DNA of 64,000 nt from Candidatus Poribacteria bacterium (GTDB taxonomy: Bacteria; Poribacteria; WGA-4E; WGA-3G): contig CBDANF010000003.1 of NCBI GenBank assembly GCA_965197475.1, positions 3,872,001 to 3,936,000 on the forward strand. The letters are read 5' to 3'. Positions 10,491 to 21,710 of the stretch are shown piece by piece. The translations under genes and the position numbers were made by a program. The notes under the pieces were generated by a model. That model did no database searches and had not been told where the DNA came from. It saw nothing but the letters and a program-made list of their open reading frames with translations. Position 1 is the first letter of the stretch. Each line of letters opens with the position of its first letter.

Positions 10491-11393
10491 CTACAACAAG
10501 CTGGATAATTGCACCTGTTCCCCCGCATGATAAGAACTTCGTACTAATGGACCCGATTCAACATGCCGAAAGCCCATCTCAATACCTGCGTCTTTAAGTT
10601 CCTCAAATTCTTCGGGGGTATAGTAGCGTTGAATCGGTAGGTGGCGTGCGGAAGGTGAGAGATATTGTCCAATAGTGAGAATATCGCAGCTTGTATCCCG
10701 AATGTCCTGCATCGTCTGTAAAAGTTCTATTAAGGTTTCACCTAATCCGACCATAAGTCCCGACTTCGTAAGCATTTCTGGATTCAAATTTTTACCGACT
10801 TTGAGAAGTGTAAGTGTTTGTTGGTAATTCGCGTACGGACGAGCACGACGGTATAGACGATGAACTGTTTCAGTATTGTGATTGAGCACTTCTGGACCTG
10901 CTTGGACGATAACATTAAGCGCGTCCCAATTCCCTTCAAGATCGGGGATAAGAACTTCTATAGTACAACTCGGACGGTGCTTTCGCGCTGCTGTGATACA
11001 ATCTGCAAATACACCTGCACCACCATCCGGTAGATCGTCGCGGTTAACGGAGGTAATGACAACATGGTTTAGCTTCAAGTAGGCAACTGCTTTGCCAAGT
11101 CTTCGTGGCTCATCTGTATCTACGGCACCACCGGGTTTGCCTTTCTTCACCGCACAAAACATGCACCTGCGTGTACAAACATCCCCTAAAATCATAAATG
11201 TAACCGTGCGGCTGTCCCAACATTCGCCAATGTTGGGACAACGCGCTTCTTCACAGACAGTGTGAAGCTGAAGATCTCGCATTAATTCTTTTAGTTCAGC
11301 ATAGTTGCCACCGCCGGGAATGCGCGCCTTAATCCAAGATGGGTGCCGCCGTTGTGAGGTGTTAGGATCAACTATCGGAAGGTGTTTTACCAT
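10491..11393 (-). CDS. lipA: Lipoyl synthase
   Basis: CEEARCPNIGEC, CTRRCMFC, NHNTETV, SGPLVRSSYHA. Confidence 0.98.
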   Translation of the reverse strand: MVKHLPIVDPNTSQRRHPSWIKARIPGGGNYAELKELMRDLQLHTVCEEARCPNIGECWDSRTVTFMILGDVCTRRCMFCAVKKGKPGGAVDTDEPRRLGKAVAYLKLNHVVITSVNRDDLPDGGAGVFADCITAARKHRPSCTIEVLIPDLEGNWDALNVIVQAGPEVLNHNTETVHRLYRRARPYANYQQTLTLLKVGKNLNPEMLTKSGLMVGLGETLIELLQTMQDIRDTSCDILTIGQYLSPSARHLPIQRYYTPEEFEELKDAGIEMGFRHVESGPLVRSSYHAGEQVQLSSLL

Positions 11394-11430
11394 CTCATAT
11401 CACCGTTGAAGTGGGGAACAACTATAATCA

Positions 11431-11524
11431 TGGCGGGAGAGGGTGGGAATCGAACCCACCTATCCACTTGCATGGACAAGCCGATTTTGAAGACCGGTAG
11501 AGCCACCAGGCCCTATCCTCCCCC
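11431..11524 (-). tRNA. selC: tRNA-Sec (anticodon UCA)
   Basis: Minus strand GGGGGAGG…CTTCAAA…long variable arm…GTGGGTTCGATTCCCAC CCTCTCCC GCCA; 8-bp acceptor stem; 94 nt; directly downstream of selB. Confidence 0.95.
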
Positions 11525-11595
11525 ATAAAGTAGAAGCGCGTTTAGGTGTTTTATAGTAAAGTTAAAACGTCAATAACATTTTTAGGTTGACTGAA

Positions 11596-11689
11596 TTGTA
11601 GTCGCGTAATTCATTACCAAATCAACGCCAAATGCCCCGAATGCGCGTATGGGCATATCGATCAGCGCGCGGACAAAACGCGCCTACAA
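11596..11689. repeat. REP-like GTAG palindrome pair
   Basis: TTGTAGTCGCG… and inverted …CGCGCCTACAA; related units at 15346, 18769, 50215, 51659 and 59748. Confidence 0.55.
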
Positions 11690-11737
11690 ACTGGTGTCTA
11701 CAATTATATGTTTCACCATCAATAACCCAATCTGATA

Positions 11738-13672
11738 CTAATTTTGCCTTGATGACAATCTACGGACGTTTCCATCGCGAATTGTAACATTTTGCGTGTC
11801 ACAATATTCAAGGAAAGGCACCGCATATTTTCTTGAAGTTCCTGCCAGTTCCCGAAATTCTGCAACCGTTATTGTCCCATTTTCACGGAGATAACTGGTT
11901 AATAATCCTTTTATCTCTTCAAATACTTCTCTGTGGATAAAGAAATTATCTGCTGTTTTGATAAATTGTCCAAGGTTCAGTAAAGCAAAAAAAGTCGATT
12001 CAATCACCTGAGGTGAATACTCTGGAAGTAGCGTTTTCAGTTCATTAAGCCCGGGTGTGTTTATTCCTGCGTCCAAAAATAATTTTTCAAGTGTTTCTTT
12101 TGCAGTTGACTCCTCTTCGGAAAATTGGATTTCATGCAAAGACAAACGGAGCAGATTCCCATCCTTCACAAGGTCCTTCAATTTAATTAGACGATCTGTT
12201 ATCTTCTCAAACGCAATCTCATCAAGTTCAAGATCGCGGCAAAGTAGCGAAGCATTTTGTCCTGCAAGGAGTGGTTCTTTTTTGTGAAATCTTGACAACG
12301 CTGTCAGCAGTTTGTCTGTTGCTTCTGCAGTACGGGCAGAATCAGATACAAGAGGTGTTCTGCCTGATTTATCCCATCGCACAATTTTCCGTTTGGATTC
12401 CAAAGTGTCCAAAATGTATTTCACTTCGGCTTGTGAATACGGCAGATAATAATAGAGAAACGATTCCACAACGCACATTGTCGGACTATTTTCTAACACT
12501 GCGTTTACGACCTGGGTATCATCCGATTCTTCCCACTGTGCCAATGTTGTAATGGTCTCTTGCGTAAAACGTTTATGTTTCGGTGCGAACGGGTTAATAA
12601 CTTCGCCGCCGCCGACAGTATGTTGTGCAGAAAAATCTCGCAAAATGATCCGGTCGCCTCTAAACGTTAAAATAGGCTGTTCCAAGCGGAGTTGTACCTG
12701 AACTCTGTCCCCCGGGAGAATTGCTTCGTCAACTAATAAAATCAATCGACAAAATAGTTCACGTGTGCCGAGATACGCGCGAAACCGACCCCAATGTTCA
12801 AGTATTCTCGGAAATGAGGATAAAACTTGCAACGACACGTCAATATTATCAGTAACTTGTGAAAAATTAATGGGACACAACACATCACCACGTTGAATGT
12901 TATGGGCAGTAGTGCCAGATAGATTGAGTGCAGTTCTTTGTCCAGCTTGCGCAACATCAGCGTGTTCGTTATGCACCTGTATACCTCGCACGCGCACAAC
13001 ATCGCCTTGCGGCAGAATGACCATTCTCTGATCACGATTAACCGATCCACCGATAAGCGTGCCTGTAACAACAACCCCAAAACCTTGAACAGTAAACACA
13101 CGATCAACATATAACCGCGGAATTCCATCATGTTCTTGTGCTTTGGTAGCCAGATCAACCTGTTTGACAATCATCCGCTTTAAGGTGTCAATCCCTTCAC
13201 CAGTTATGGAGGATACACTGACAGAAGGAATACCTTCAAGCGATGTGCCGACAAGCATCTCCTGAGTCATTTCTGTTGCTTCAGCCAATTCGTCACGGGT
13301 TGCTAAATCGGACTTCGTCATCACAAGGATGCCGTTTGAAATGCTGAGTAAATCTAAAATAGCCAAGTGTTCAAGCGTCTGTTCTTGCACACCTTCTTTG
13401 GCATCAACAACAAAAAGAACAATATCCATTCCATAAGCACCGGACAACATGTTTCGGATGAATTTCTCATGCCCAGGCACATCAACAATCCCGGCGCGTG
13501 AGCTATCAGGAAGGTCAAAATAAGCGAAACCTAACTCAATAGATAAACCTCGCTCCCGTTCCTCTTTGAGGCGATCTGTTTCAATGCCTGTGAGCGTGCC
13601 AACCAACGCAGTTTTACCGTGGTCAACATGCCCTGCTGTCCCAATGATAAGATGTCGTCTATCTTGCTGCAT
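11738..13672 (-). CDS. selB: Selenocysteine-specific elongation factor
   Basis: GTAGHVDHGKT, DVPGHEKF, C-terminal winged helix SRKYAVPFLEY. Confidence 0.97.
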   Translation of the reverse strand: MQQDRRHLIIGTAGHVDHGKTALVGTLTGIETDRLKEERERGLSIELGFAYFDLPDSSRAGIVDVPGHEKFIRNMLSGAYGMDIVLFVVDAKEGVQEQTLEHLAILDLLSISNGILVMTKSDLATRDELAEATEMTQEMLVGTSLEGIPSVSVSSITGEGIDTLKRMIVKQVDLATKAQEHDGIPRLYVDRVFTVQGFGVVVTGTLIGGSVNRDQRMVILPQGDVVRVRGIQVHNEHADVAQAGQRTALNLSGTTAHNIQRGDVLCPINFSQVTDNIDVSLQVLSSFPRILEHWGRFRAYLGTRELFCRLILLVDEAILPGDRVQVQLRLEQPILTFRGDRIILRDFSAQHTVGGGEVINPFAPKHKRFTQETITTLAQWEESDDTQVVNAVLENSPTMCVVESFLYYYLPYSQAEVKYILDTLESKRKIVRWDKSGRTPLVSDSARTAEATDKLLTALSRFHKKEPLLAGQNASLLCRDLELDEIAFEKITDRLIKLKDLVKDGNLLRLSLHEIQFSEEESTAKETLEKLFLDAGINTPGLNELKTLLPEYSPQVIESTFFALLNLGQFIKTADNFFIHREVFEEIKGLLTSYLRENGTITVAEFRELAGTSRKYAVPFLEYCDTQNVTIRDGNVRRLSSRQN

Positions 13673-14451
13673 CAGTTGAGTCCATGTTGTGAGTGGATAA
13701 GTTTCCCGATTCGATTGAATCGTATATTACCAATTATCTTCCACACCTCCCATATCTTTGTGCGTCGATTTTTAAAGGACCAGTATACCATGAAGGCTTG
13801 CCCTTTTATATCATCAACATTCACAGGTCCCCATGTGCGGCTATCACTGCTCTGATCTCGGTTATCACCCATCGCAAAAACAAATCCTTCTGGAACAGTA
13901 AACGGTTTGCCTTCAGGAAATTGGCGTTTAAATTGACTATCTTTCAAGATATAATGAGCGTAGATTTCATTATCCTTCATATACTCCTCTGGCAGGCGGA
14001 AAGGAGGGAAATCACCTCGTCTAATGAAACGACCTCCGACGTGCTTGGTGTACCCACTATCATCAACAGCCATTCCGTTAACATACAAGGTTTTTCCCTT
14101 TGTGTGGACCGTATCGCCTGCTACTGCCACAATGCGCTTGATGAAATTCCTATTTGTCTCATGCGGTGGAATAAAAACAAAAACATCCCCTCGGGCAGGT
14201 TTGTGAAAATCGAAAACTCTGATTTCAGTCCCAGGGATTTTAAACCCGTAGATAAACTTGCATACCAGAATTCGGTCTCCGATAAGCAGCGTATCCTCCA
14301 TTGAACCGGATGGGATTTTAAAGGCTTCTACAACAAAGGGGCGTATAAACCCGAAAACAAGAATAAGTGCAACGACAATAACTTGGGTATATTCCCAGAC
14401 GACTGTTTTTCGAAATTTCTGCCATTTTGATAATTGAACATCAGTGCTCAT
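13672..14451 (-). CDS. lepB: Signal peptidase I
   Basis: IPSGSMEDTL (Ser), FIKRIVA (Lys), MGDNRDQSSDSR. Confidence 0.93.
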   Translation of the reverse strand: MSTDVQLSKWQKFRKTVVWEYTQVIVVALILVFGFIRPFVVEAFKIPSGSMEDTLLIGDRILVCKFIYGFKIPGTEIRVFDFHKPARGDVFVFIPPHETNRNFIKRIVAVAGDTVHTKGKTLYVNGMAVDDSGYTKHVGGRFIRRGDFPPFRLPEEYMKDNEIYAHYILKDSQFKRQFPEGKPFTVPEGFVFAMGDNRDQSSDSRTWGPVNVDDIKGQAFMVYWSFKNRRTKIWEVWKIIGNIRFNRIGKLIHSQHGLN

Positions 14452-14532
14452 AAAGTTTGAAACCGCTGTAATCAGACGGTATCCTTTCTTACTTTTAGAT
14501 GATTTTATTTTTAGAATTAGGTTTTCAAATCC

Positions 14533-15288
14533 TTAACGGATGAGTTTGCCGATACGATTAAAACGAATATTGCTGGCGATCTTCCATATCTCCCACAATT
14601 TTGTAGGTTGGTTGTGTATTGACCACATGACCATAAATGCTTGTCCTTTAATATCATCCACACCCACCGGTCCCCAGGTACGGCTATCGCTACTCAGATC
14701 ACGATTGTCTCCCATTGCAAAGACCATGCCTTTTGGAACCGTGAACGGTTTACCTTCTGGAAATTTATGTCTAAACTGGTTTTCCGTCAAGGTGAAATCG
14801 GTATATTGTTTGTCTTGAGGAAAATATTCAGGATTTCGGAATGGCGGAAAATCCTGCCGAAAATGACTATAAGGTAAGTGTTTCGTATAACTTTGGTCGT
14901 CAACCCGCTGACCGTTAACGTAGAGTTTTTCACCTGCGGTATAAACCGTATCACCTTCAACTGCCACAATTCTTTTGATGAAGTGAAGATTTCTCTCATG
15001 CGGTGGGATAAAAACAAAAACGTCTCCACGAGCGGGTTTGTGGAAATCAAATACCCTTAAATCTGTGCCAGGAATTTTAAAGCCGTACATAAACTTACAA
15101 ACCAAAATCCGATCACCAACGAGGAGCGTGTCTTCCATTGAACCAGATGGAATTAGATACGCATCAACTATAAATGGACGAAAGAATCCAAAAACGAAAA
15201 TAAGTGTAAATATAATACCTTTAAATTGTTGAGCTTTAGATAATTTGGATTTGGTTGAATGTGTTTGATTCGGATATTCTTTCTTCAT
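14533..15288 (-). CDS. lepB: Signal peptidase I, tandem paralogue
   Basis: IPSGSMEDTL, FIKRIVA, MGDNRDLSSDSR; very similar to the neighbouring copy. Confidence 0.9.
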   Translation of the reverse strand: MKKEYPNQTHSTKSKLSKAQQFKGIIFTLIFVFGFFRPFIVDAYLIPSGSMEDTLLVGDRILVCKFMYGFKIPGTDLRVFDFHKPARGDVFVFIPPHERNLHFIKRIVAVEGDTVYTAGEKLYVNGQRVDDQSYTKHLPYSHFRQDFPPFRNPEYFPQDKQYTDFTLTENQFRHKFPEGKPFTVPKGMVFAMGDNRDLSSDSRTWGPVGVDDIKGQAFMVMWSIHNQPTKLWEIWKIASNIRFNRIGKLIR

Positions 15289-15424
15289 AATAAAGTATCT
15301 ATGATGAGATACATTCTCCTACATTGAGTTTTACAACTAAATCACTTGTAGGGCGAGGTCTCTGTGCCTCGCCATTTTTGCTTATGAGATACACGCTTGT
15401 TTAAATCATAACCAATAGATTCAT

Positions 15425-16830
15425 TCACAAAAGATTGAAGCGATACGCTATTTTGCGTTTTAAATCTGCCCATCTTACCAATCGTTTTCCGTATTGTGAC
15501 ACAGCATATGGTTCAATCTGAGTATGTTCCCGTACACCCATTGCCGCAGCTGGACTATTAGCTTTAAGCCGAAAATCGCCTGAGTCGGCATCAACAAACA
15601 GAGGATCCTTATCTATGTTGTCTTCATAAATAAACTTGTCCCCATCCGCAACCAGGCCAATCCCGTCAAGCCCATCACCAATATCACATGATTTAATGAC
15701 TATACCCCTACCCAGAGCGAAAACTTCTGCATGCGTCCCATTAGATGAATTTCCCCAAACTATTGAATCGGTTAAGTTAAAACGATTTCTGCAGATAACA
15801 AGATCTCTGTGGATAATAGCAGAAATCCCACCACCTTGAGTGCCAGCCGTGTTTTCTGTAATTGTACAATGCTTGATATTTACCGCTCCTAAGATCGCCT
15901 CACACTGAATCCCTCCACCAGAGTATATTGCATCATTATATGCAATAACACAGTCAGTAACCCAAATCTCTGATGACCAATTACAGTGAATTCCTCCACC
16001 ATGTCTGGCTGTATTCCGTACAATGATCGAATTCTCAATTTTCAAAACAGTATCTTCCCAAGCTATTAAACCACCCCCAGCATTTCGTTCAATCCGACAA
16101 TTAGTAATAGGATTGCTTGTTCGTGTGTAAGAGTAAATAATACCGCGAGCACTGTTTTGAGAAACAACACAATTATTGATAATCGGGTCTACATCGTTCA
16201 TACAGTAAATTCCATTACCTGAATTCTCAGCAATCGTGTAATTTTAAGCGTGGGTTGTGTAGGGGTGTCTTTCAAAACAACCCTCTTATGTTCGGTATTT
16301 CCTGAAATGAAAATACCGCCACCAAAATTGCGTGTAATTGTGCAATCTGTTATGATTGGATCGGAACTATAGCAAAAGATTCCATCACCACCACCGTTGA
16401 TAGATTGGTTACTGTCAATCGTACAGTTTTTAATTGTCGGTGAAGCATATATAAGGTAGATTCCACCGCCAAATTTCTGGTCCCCATTCTTAATTGTAAA
16501 ACCATTTAACACAGAATCAACTGTTTCATCATTTTGGAAGATAAATCCTCTGGTTTCAAACATTTTCTCACAGTCAATAATCGTTGCCTCAGCACCATTA
16601 CGTGACTTAAGAATTATCCTTTTTCCCTTAAAATCAAGATTCACATTTCCTTCGCCTCTATAGATTCCATCATCTACCAAAACAGTGTCACCATTTTGCG
16701 CTATATCAATTCCAGATTGAATTGTAGGTTGATCTGCAGGAACATTAATCGTAGCTGCAAATGTTAGTGAACTTAAAAGAGACAGAAAAACAATAAATAT
16801 CAAATTGGAATACATTCTAATTTGTTTCAT
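15425..16830 (-). pseudogene. Secreted right-handed beta-helix (pectin-lyase/PMP-like) protein, frameshifted
   Basis: Signal peptide, INVPADQPTIQSGID, GGGI repeats, DPLFVDADSGDFRL; one A missing in the run at 16242-16245 (restoring it gives LKNYTIAENSGNGIYCMNDVDP). Confidence 0.8.
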
Positions 16831-16880
16831 GTCTTTCTTCCTACGGATAAGTATACTCTGCTGTTTTTGCATCTTTTGTA

Positions 16881-18686
16881 TTATTCATCAGTCGTAAGCA
16901 TTGCCGTAAATGCTTCCTGTGGAACATCAACATTCCCAATCTGTTTGAGACGTTTTTTACCTTGTTTCTGTCTTTCCAACAATTTCCGTTTTCGTGTGAT
17001 ATCGCCTCCGTAACATTTCGCAGTGACATTTTTCCGAAGTGCTCTGACAGACTCACGTGCGACAATCTTGTTCCCAATCGCTGCTTGAATTGGAATCTCA
17101 AACATTTGTCGAGGAATCAACTCTCTCAATTTACTAACCAAAATTTTTCCACGTGCTTCCGCAGTTTCACGAGGTAAAATGGTTGAAAGCGCATCTACAG
17201 GTTTACCATTAAGAAGCACGTCTAACTTAACAAGATTCTCTGTTTTGTATTCACCGATATCGTATTCCAGTGAACCGTAACCGCGAGTCAGCGATTTGAG
17301 TTTTGGGTAAAAATCCGTTAACATCTCACTCAGCGGGAGTTCATAGAGCAGCTGCACACGTGCAGCATCAAGTTGGTTCATCCGTTTATATATACCTCGC
17401 CGCTTCTGGCAAAGTTCCATCGCATTTCCGATATACTCTCGCGGCACGATAACATCAATATTGACATACGGTTCCTCAATTCGTTCGATGTTCAGGATTT
17501 CAGGGAGATGCGCGGGATTGTCTACTAACACATGCTCACCGGCCTTTAGAAAAACTCTATACATCACACTGGGGGCAGTGCGAACAAGTGAGAGTTCAAA
17601 TTCGCGCTCAAGACGTTCATGGATAATTTCCATGTGGAGTAAACCTAAAAATCCACATCGAAACCCAAATCCGAGCGCGACAGATGTCTCCGGTTCATAA
17701 GTGAAAGAAGCATCGTTTAGACGAAGTTTATCAAGTGCCTCTCGTAACGCATGGAATTGATTGGTGTCTGCTGGAAAAAGTCCGCTAAATACAAGCGGTT
17801 TAATTTCTTGGTATCCGGGGAGGGGGTCAGAGGTCGGATGCAAATGGTGTGTAATTGTATCACCGATTTTTGCGTTGTCGATGTCCCGAATGCCTGCAAT
17901 GAGATAGCCTACTGCTCCTGTCTTAAGTTCGGCTGCGGGTTGCATCTGAGGTGTAAAAATGCCAACTTCTTCAACTTCATAAGACCGTTTTGTCTGCATC
18001 AGTTGAATCTTTTCTCCCGGTGCCACGCTCCCATCAAATATACGGGTGTACATAATTACACCGCGATAGTTGTTGTAAACAGAATCAAGCACAAGTGCCT
18101 TTAAAGGCGCATCAGATTCACCTACAGGTGGTGGAATTCGGTTGACAATTGCCTCTAATATAGCAGGAATTCCGATTCCCGCTTTTGCGCTTACAAGGAG
18201 TGCCTCATCGGCCGGAATGCCGATAATCTCCTCTATCTGTCGTTTGACTTCATCAGGCTGCGCAGCGGGTAAATCAATTTTATTGATAACAGGGATAATC
18301 TCAAGTTCGCTTTCAATTGCAAGATATGCGTTTGCCAAGGTTTGCGCTTCAACACCTTGTGCTGCATCAACAATTAAAATTGCTCCTTCGCATGCAGCGA
18401 GACTACGAGATACCTCGTAAGTAAAATCGACATGCCCAGGGGTATCAATCAAGTTTAGTTCGTATAGTTTTTCATCATTAGCACAATAGTGTAGTTTAAC
18501 AGCAGTGGCTTTAATAGTAATACCGCGTTCCCGTTCTAAGTCCATCAAATCAAGCACCTGTTCGCGCATTTCTCTTTCGGCAAGCGTGTCTGTCTGCTCT
18601 AAGAGTCGGTCACTCAGTGTGCTTTTTCCGTGATCAATGTGTCCTAAAATACAGAAGTTGCGTATGTTTTGAAGTTTGGTTGACAT
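16881..18686 (-). CDS. lepA: Elongation factor 4 (LepA)
   Basis: [41 protein letters not shown]. Confidence 0.98.
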   Translation of the reverse strand: MSTKLQNIRNFCILGHIDHGKSTLSDRLLEQTDTLAEREMREQVLDLMDLERERGITIKATAVKLHYCANDEKLYELNLIDTPGHVDFTYEVSRSLAACEGAILIVDAAQGVEAQTLANAYLAIESELEIIPVINKIDLPAAQPDEVKRQIEEIIGIPADEALLVSAKAGIGIPAILEAIVNRIPPPVGESDAPLKALVLDSVYNNYRGVIMYTRIFDGSVAPGEKIQLMQTKRSYEVEEVGIFTPQMQPAAELKTGAVGYLIAGIRDIDNAKIGDTITHHLHPTSDPLPGYQEIKPLVFSGLFPADTNQFHALREALDKLRLNDASFTYEPETSVALGFGFRCGFLGLLHMEIIHERLEREFELSLVRTAPSVMYRVFLKAGEHVLVDNPAHLPEILNIERIEEPYVNIDVIVPREYIGNAMELCQKRRGIYKRMNQLDAARVQLLYELPLSEMLTDFYPKLKSLTRGYGSLEYDIGEYKTENLVKLDVLLNGKPVDALSTILPRETAEARGKILVSKLRELIPRQMFEIPIQAAIGNKIVARESVRALRKNVTAKCYGGDITRKRKLLERQKQGKKRLKQIGNVDVPQEAFTAMLTTDE

Positions 18687-19407
18687 GATATAATAGTATA
18701 CTACAATTCTGCTCAATTTACCACAAAAAGATTGTTGTTCAGAACTATTCAATTCTTGCGAGGTGCTTTTGTAGGAGTGCTTTGTTAGCCCGATTTATGT
18801 GGGTAACAGCGCGTCCTTAGTGCTGATTATATGTGCAAACACGACAACTTGATGCCTCTCGGGAAATGCTAAAATTGCTTGAATTCAATCCATACGTGTG
18901 CTAAACTTCAGAATGTCCCTTGTGATTTGTATTTTGCAGGTCAACTTTCGACATGTATGCATTTTCTTGTCACCTTTTGACCTACCATTATTCTTGGACC
19001 GTTAGATTAAAACGAACGTGGGACACCCGAAAACTTAACACCCCAAGCGGAACCATCAGATGAAAAAGAGACTGTTAATCATACTGAGTTTGTTGTTAGT
19101 TTCTACTACTTTCCTACCGAACGGTTTTGCGCAAGACTTCAACCGATGGGGTTACCTGAAGGTGTTAAAGCACGGCTCGGAAAAGGGTGGCTAACGGATA
19201 TGGCGTTTTCTCCAGACGGAAACCAACTTGCCGTAGCATGTTCTATCGGTATATGGCTTTATAATGTCCGCACTGGCACCGAGGAAGCCTTCCTAAGAGG
19301 ACATACAGAACTGGTCAATTCGGTTGCCTATTCTCCAGATGGGAAAATCCTTGCAAGTGGTAGTAATGATTGGACGATTCGAATTTGGGATGTGGATAAA
19401 CGAAAGC

Positions 19408-20393
19408 GGCTCATGTAAAAAGTAAGTGCTATTTTTTCAAAGTTATGTTAGCGTGTTACCTATGGACTTTCCAATACAATCTCTCCTGGATGAAGAAAAA
19501 ACTCAAGCGTGGGTGTTGGATCATTTCCACCCTCAAGGGCTGTGTTGCCCAAAATGCCAAGCGAGCGTGGCGGAGGCACGCAAGTTCCGTCCGACTGAAA
19601 CAAGTGGTCTACAAGTGTATCGCTGCAAACACTGTGAGAGCATCTACAACCTCTATACCGGGACGGTCTTTGCTGGCACGCAGTTTCGTCCCTCACAGGT
19701 CGTTCTGCTTTTGCGCGGTGTCTGTCAAGGTGTTTCAAGTGCACAACTCGGGTGTGAACTGGGTCTAAGTCGTCAAACCGTTCTTTCTATAAGACGTAAA
19801 CTCCAAACTTCGGCAGAGCAGATACAACCCGAAGCTGCTTTACCTGATGCTGAAGTCGAAACAGATGAGATGTTTCAAAACGCCGGTGAAAAAGGCGATA
19901 AGCACGTTGATGCTTCGGATCCGCCGCGTCGGCGTGGCAATAAACGCAGGGGACATGGGACTTATGACAATGATCGTCCGCCTATTGTTGGGACGAAAGG
20001 TCGCGAAAGCGGTCTCCTGAGATTACGTGTTGTGCGGCACACCGATTCTGCGACGCTTTCAACACACGTTCATCAGTGGACGTTGCCGACTTCAACGGTG
20101 TATACGGATGGTTGGCGTGGCTATAACCGTATTCAGCGCGCCCGTGAGATTGTTCTCCATAAGGATGGCGAGTGGGCAAGAGACGCAGACGGTGATGGTC
20201 TTTACGAGATCCATACAAGGACGATTGAAGGTGCCTGGACGACGCTGCGAAACTTCCTTCGTCCCTTTCGTGGCGTTCATAAAAAGTTCCTCGCCGGTTA
20301 CGTCGCAATCTGTGAGTTCGTCATGAATCTAAAAGCTGTCAGTGTTGATTTTATAGCAAAACTCGTCAAAAGCACTTACTCTTGACATGAGCG
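19408..20393 (+). mobile_element. IS1595-family insertion sequence (986 bp), copy 1
   Basis: IRs GGCTCATGTAAAAAGTAAGTGCT / AGCACTTACTCTTGACATGAGCG; 8-bp TSD ACGAAAGC at 19400-19407 and 20394-20401. Confidence 0.95.
19426..20385 (+). CDS. IS1595-family transposase
   Basis: CPKC…CKHC zinc ribbon, VETDEMF, YTDGW, IEGAW. Confidence 0.93.
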   Translation: MLFFQSYVSVLPMDFPIQSLLDEEKTQAWVLDHFHPQGLCCPKCQASVAEARKFRPTETSGLQVYRCKHCESIYNLYTGTVFAGTQFRPSQVVLLLRGVCQGVSSAQLGCELGLSRQTVLSIRRKLQTSAEQIQPEAALPDAEVETDEMFQNAGEKGDKHVDASDPPRRRGNKRRGHGTYDNDRPPIVGTKGRESGLLRLRVVRHTDSATLSTHVHQWTLPTSTVYTDGWRGYNRIQRAREIVLHKDGEWARDADGDGLYEIHTRTIEGAWTTLRNFLRPFRGVHKKFLAGYVAICEFVMNLKAVSVDFIAKLVKSTYS

Positions 20394-20666
20394 ACGAAAG
20401 CATATTAAGACACTTGAAGGTCATACGGGTAAGGTTAATTCTGTAGCGTATTCGCAGGATGGAGAGACCATTGTAAGTGGAAGTGATGATGGAATTCGGG
20501 TTTGGAATGTTGAAAACTGGAGTGATAAGATACTCTATAGAAGTGAGAATACTGGCATAGTTAACATGATGTATTCACCTGATGAAAAAACACTTACGAG
20601 TTTAAGTAAAAACGGCAAAATAGAATCATGGATTTAACAAGTGGTGAGAAGCAATGGACTATATTA

Positions 20667-21672
20667 GGGAACTCATAGCGAGTAAGAGCTAAGCATCGTT
20701 GAAAGTTCTCCGAAAGTTTATCATTGAATATGCTAAATTACGAAAACCTAAACGGGTTTCTTTCAGTTTATCATAACTAAGGGCGAGTTTCCGATAAGTC
20801 CCTTGCCAACCCAAGGTTCGCTCCACTTTATATCGGTCTTTGTCCATTTTCTTGTTAAACCACCGGAACGGACGGGCAATTACAATAGGTTCTTTGGCAT
20901 TCCGCCGGTTCGGATATATCACCGGGAGCAGCCCGTGTTGTTTGATAATTTTATGATTCTCTTTGGAATCAAAACCGGAATCCAGTGTTAGAGCGGAAGC
21001 ACTAAGATCCATTCCAATACGATTAGCAAAGGCGATAAGATCGGTGAATGCTTCGGGCAAAATCTTGTATGATGTTGGTTGACAGGTTTGATGGTTATCG
21101 GGCTGATGATGAACCCCTGATTGTCAGTGATGGTCAACTCTTTTTCACCTTTTTGATGTTTGTGGCCTGAATAACCGATGTTGTCACCCCTTTTTTCACG
21201 ACGGTATTTGACCCATCTCCATGAAGTTGAGAGGTGTCAAGTTGGTCGGTGTCAAGCACGTGTATCACTGATGCCTCAAAAAGTTTCTGATACGAGCCAT
21301 CTTTTGACCACCGATTATGCCATTTATAGATATTAGACCAATGGAGTTCAGGATGCCGGGTTCGGAGTTGATCCCATTGAATACCCGTATGTAAAACATA
21401 GAGGATATAGTTGAATATCTTGTCCAAGGAGAGTTTCGGTTTCGGGCCTTTGACTCGTTTCGCTAAATGTGGTAAGATATAACGATTGAAATCTTTACGG
21501 GAAACCTGTTTGGGAATACAGTTGTATTTTGGTGATTTTTGAGCCTCGTTTGCCATAATAACACCTTTCATAAAGTAAAGCGGTATCTGAAGTGGAAAGA
21601 AAGGGACATAAATTATACCCTTTTCTTTCCCTATTTTACCACATCCTTATGTTTTACTCAATATGACTTCTA
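20667..21672 (-). mobile_element. IS5-family element, probably degenerate
   Basis: ORFs 21134-21571 and 20689-21060 (ILYVLHTGIQW, LDSGFD, RYKVERTLGW); A6G slippery site near 21190; additional frameshift near 21063; imperfect IRs GAACTCATAGCGAGTAA / TTACTCAATATGACTTC. Confidence 0.8.
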
Positions 21673-21710
21673 CAATAATTCGTTTTGTAGCACACAGTGT
21701 GTCTATTATT

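Larger units (their letters stand above)
19060..20666 (+). pseudogene. Secreted WD40-repeat protein: frameshifted, interrupted by IS1595 and truncated by IS5
   Basis: ATG 19060 with signal peptide; frameshift near 19148; LPEGVKARLGKG and GH…SPDG…WD repeats; reading resumes after the IS at 20402 (IKTLEGHTGKVNSVAYSQDG); second frameshift near 20630. Confidence 0.85.

Noticed and set aside
13693-14304. 203-aa plus-strand ORF and similar long antisense ORFs (55425-56060, 58465-59016)
   Set aside because: Shadow ORFs opposite well-supported genes
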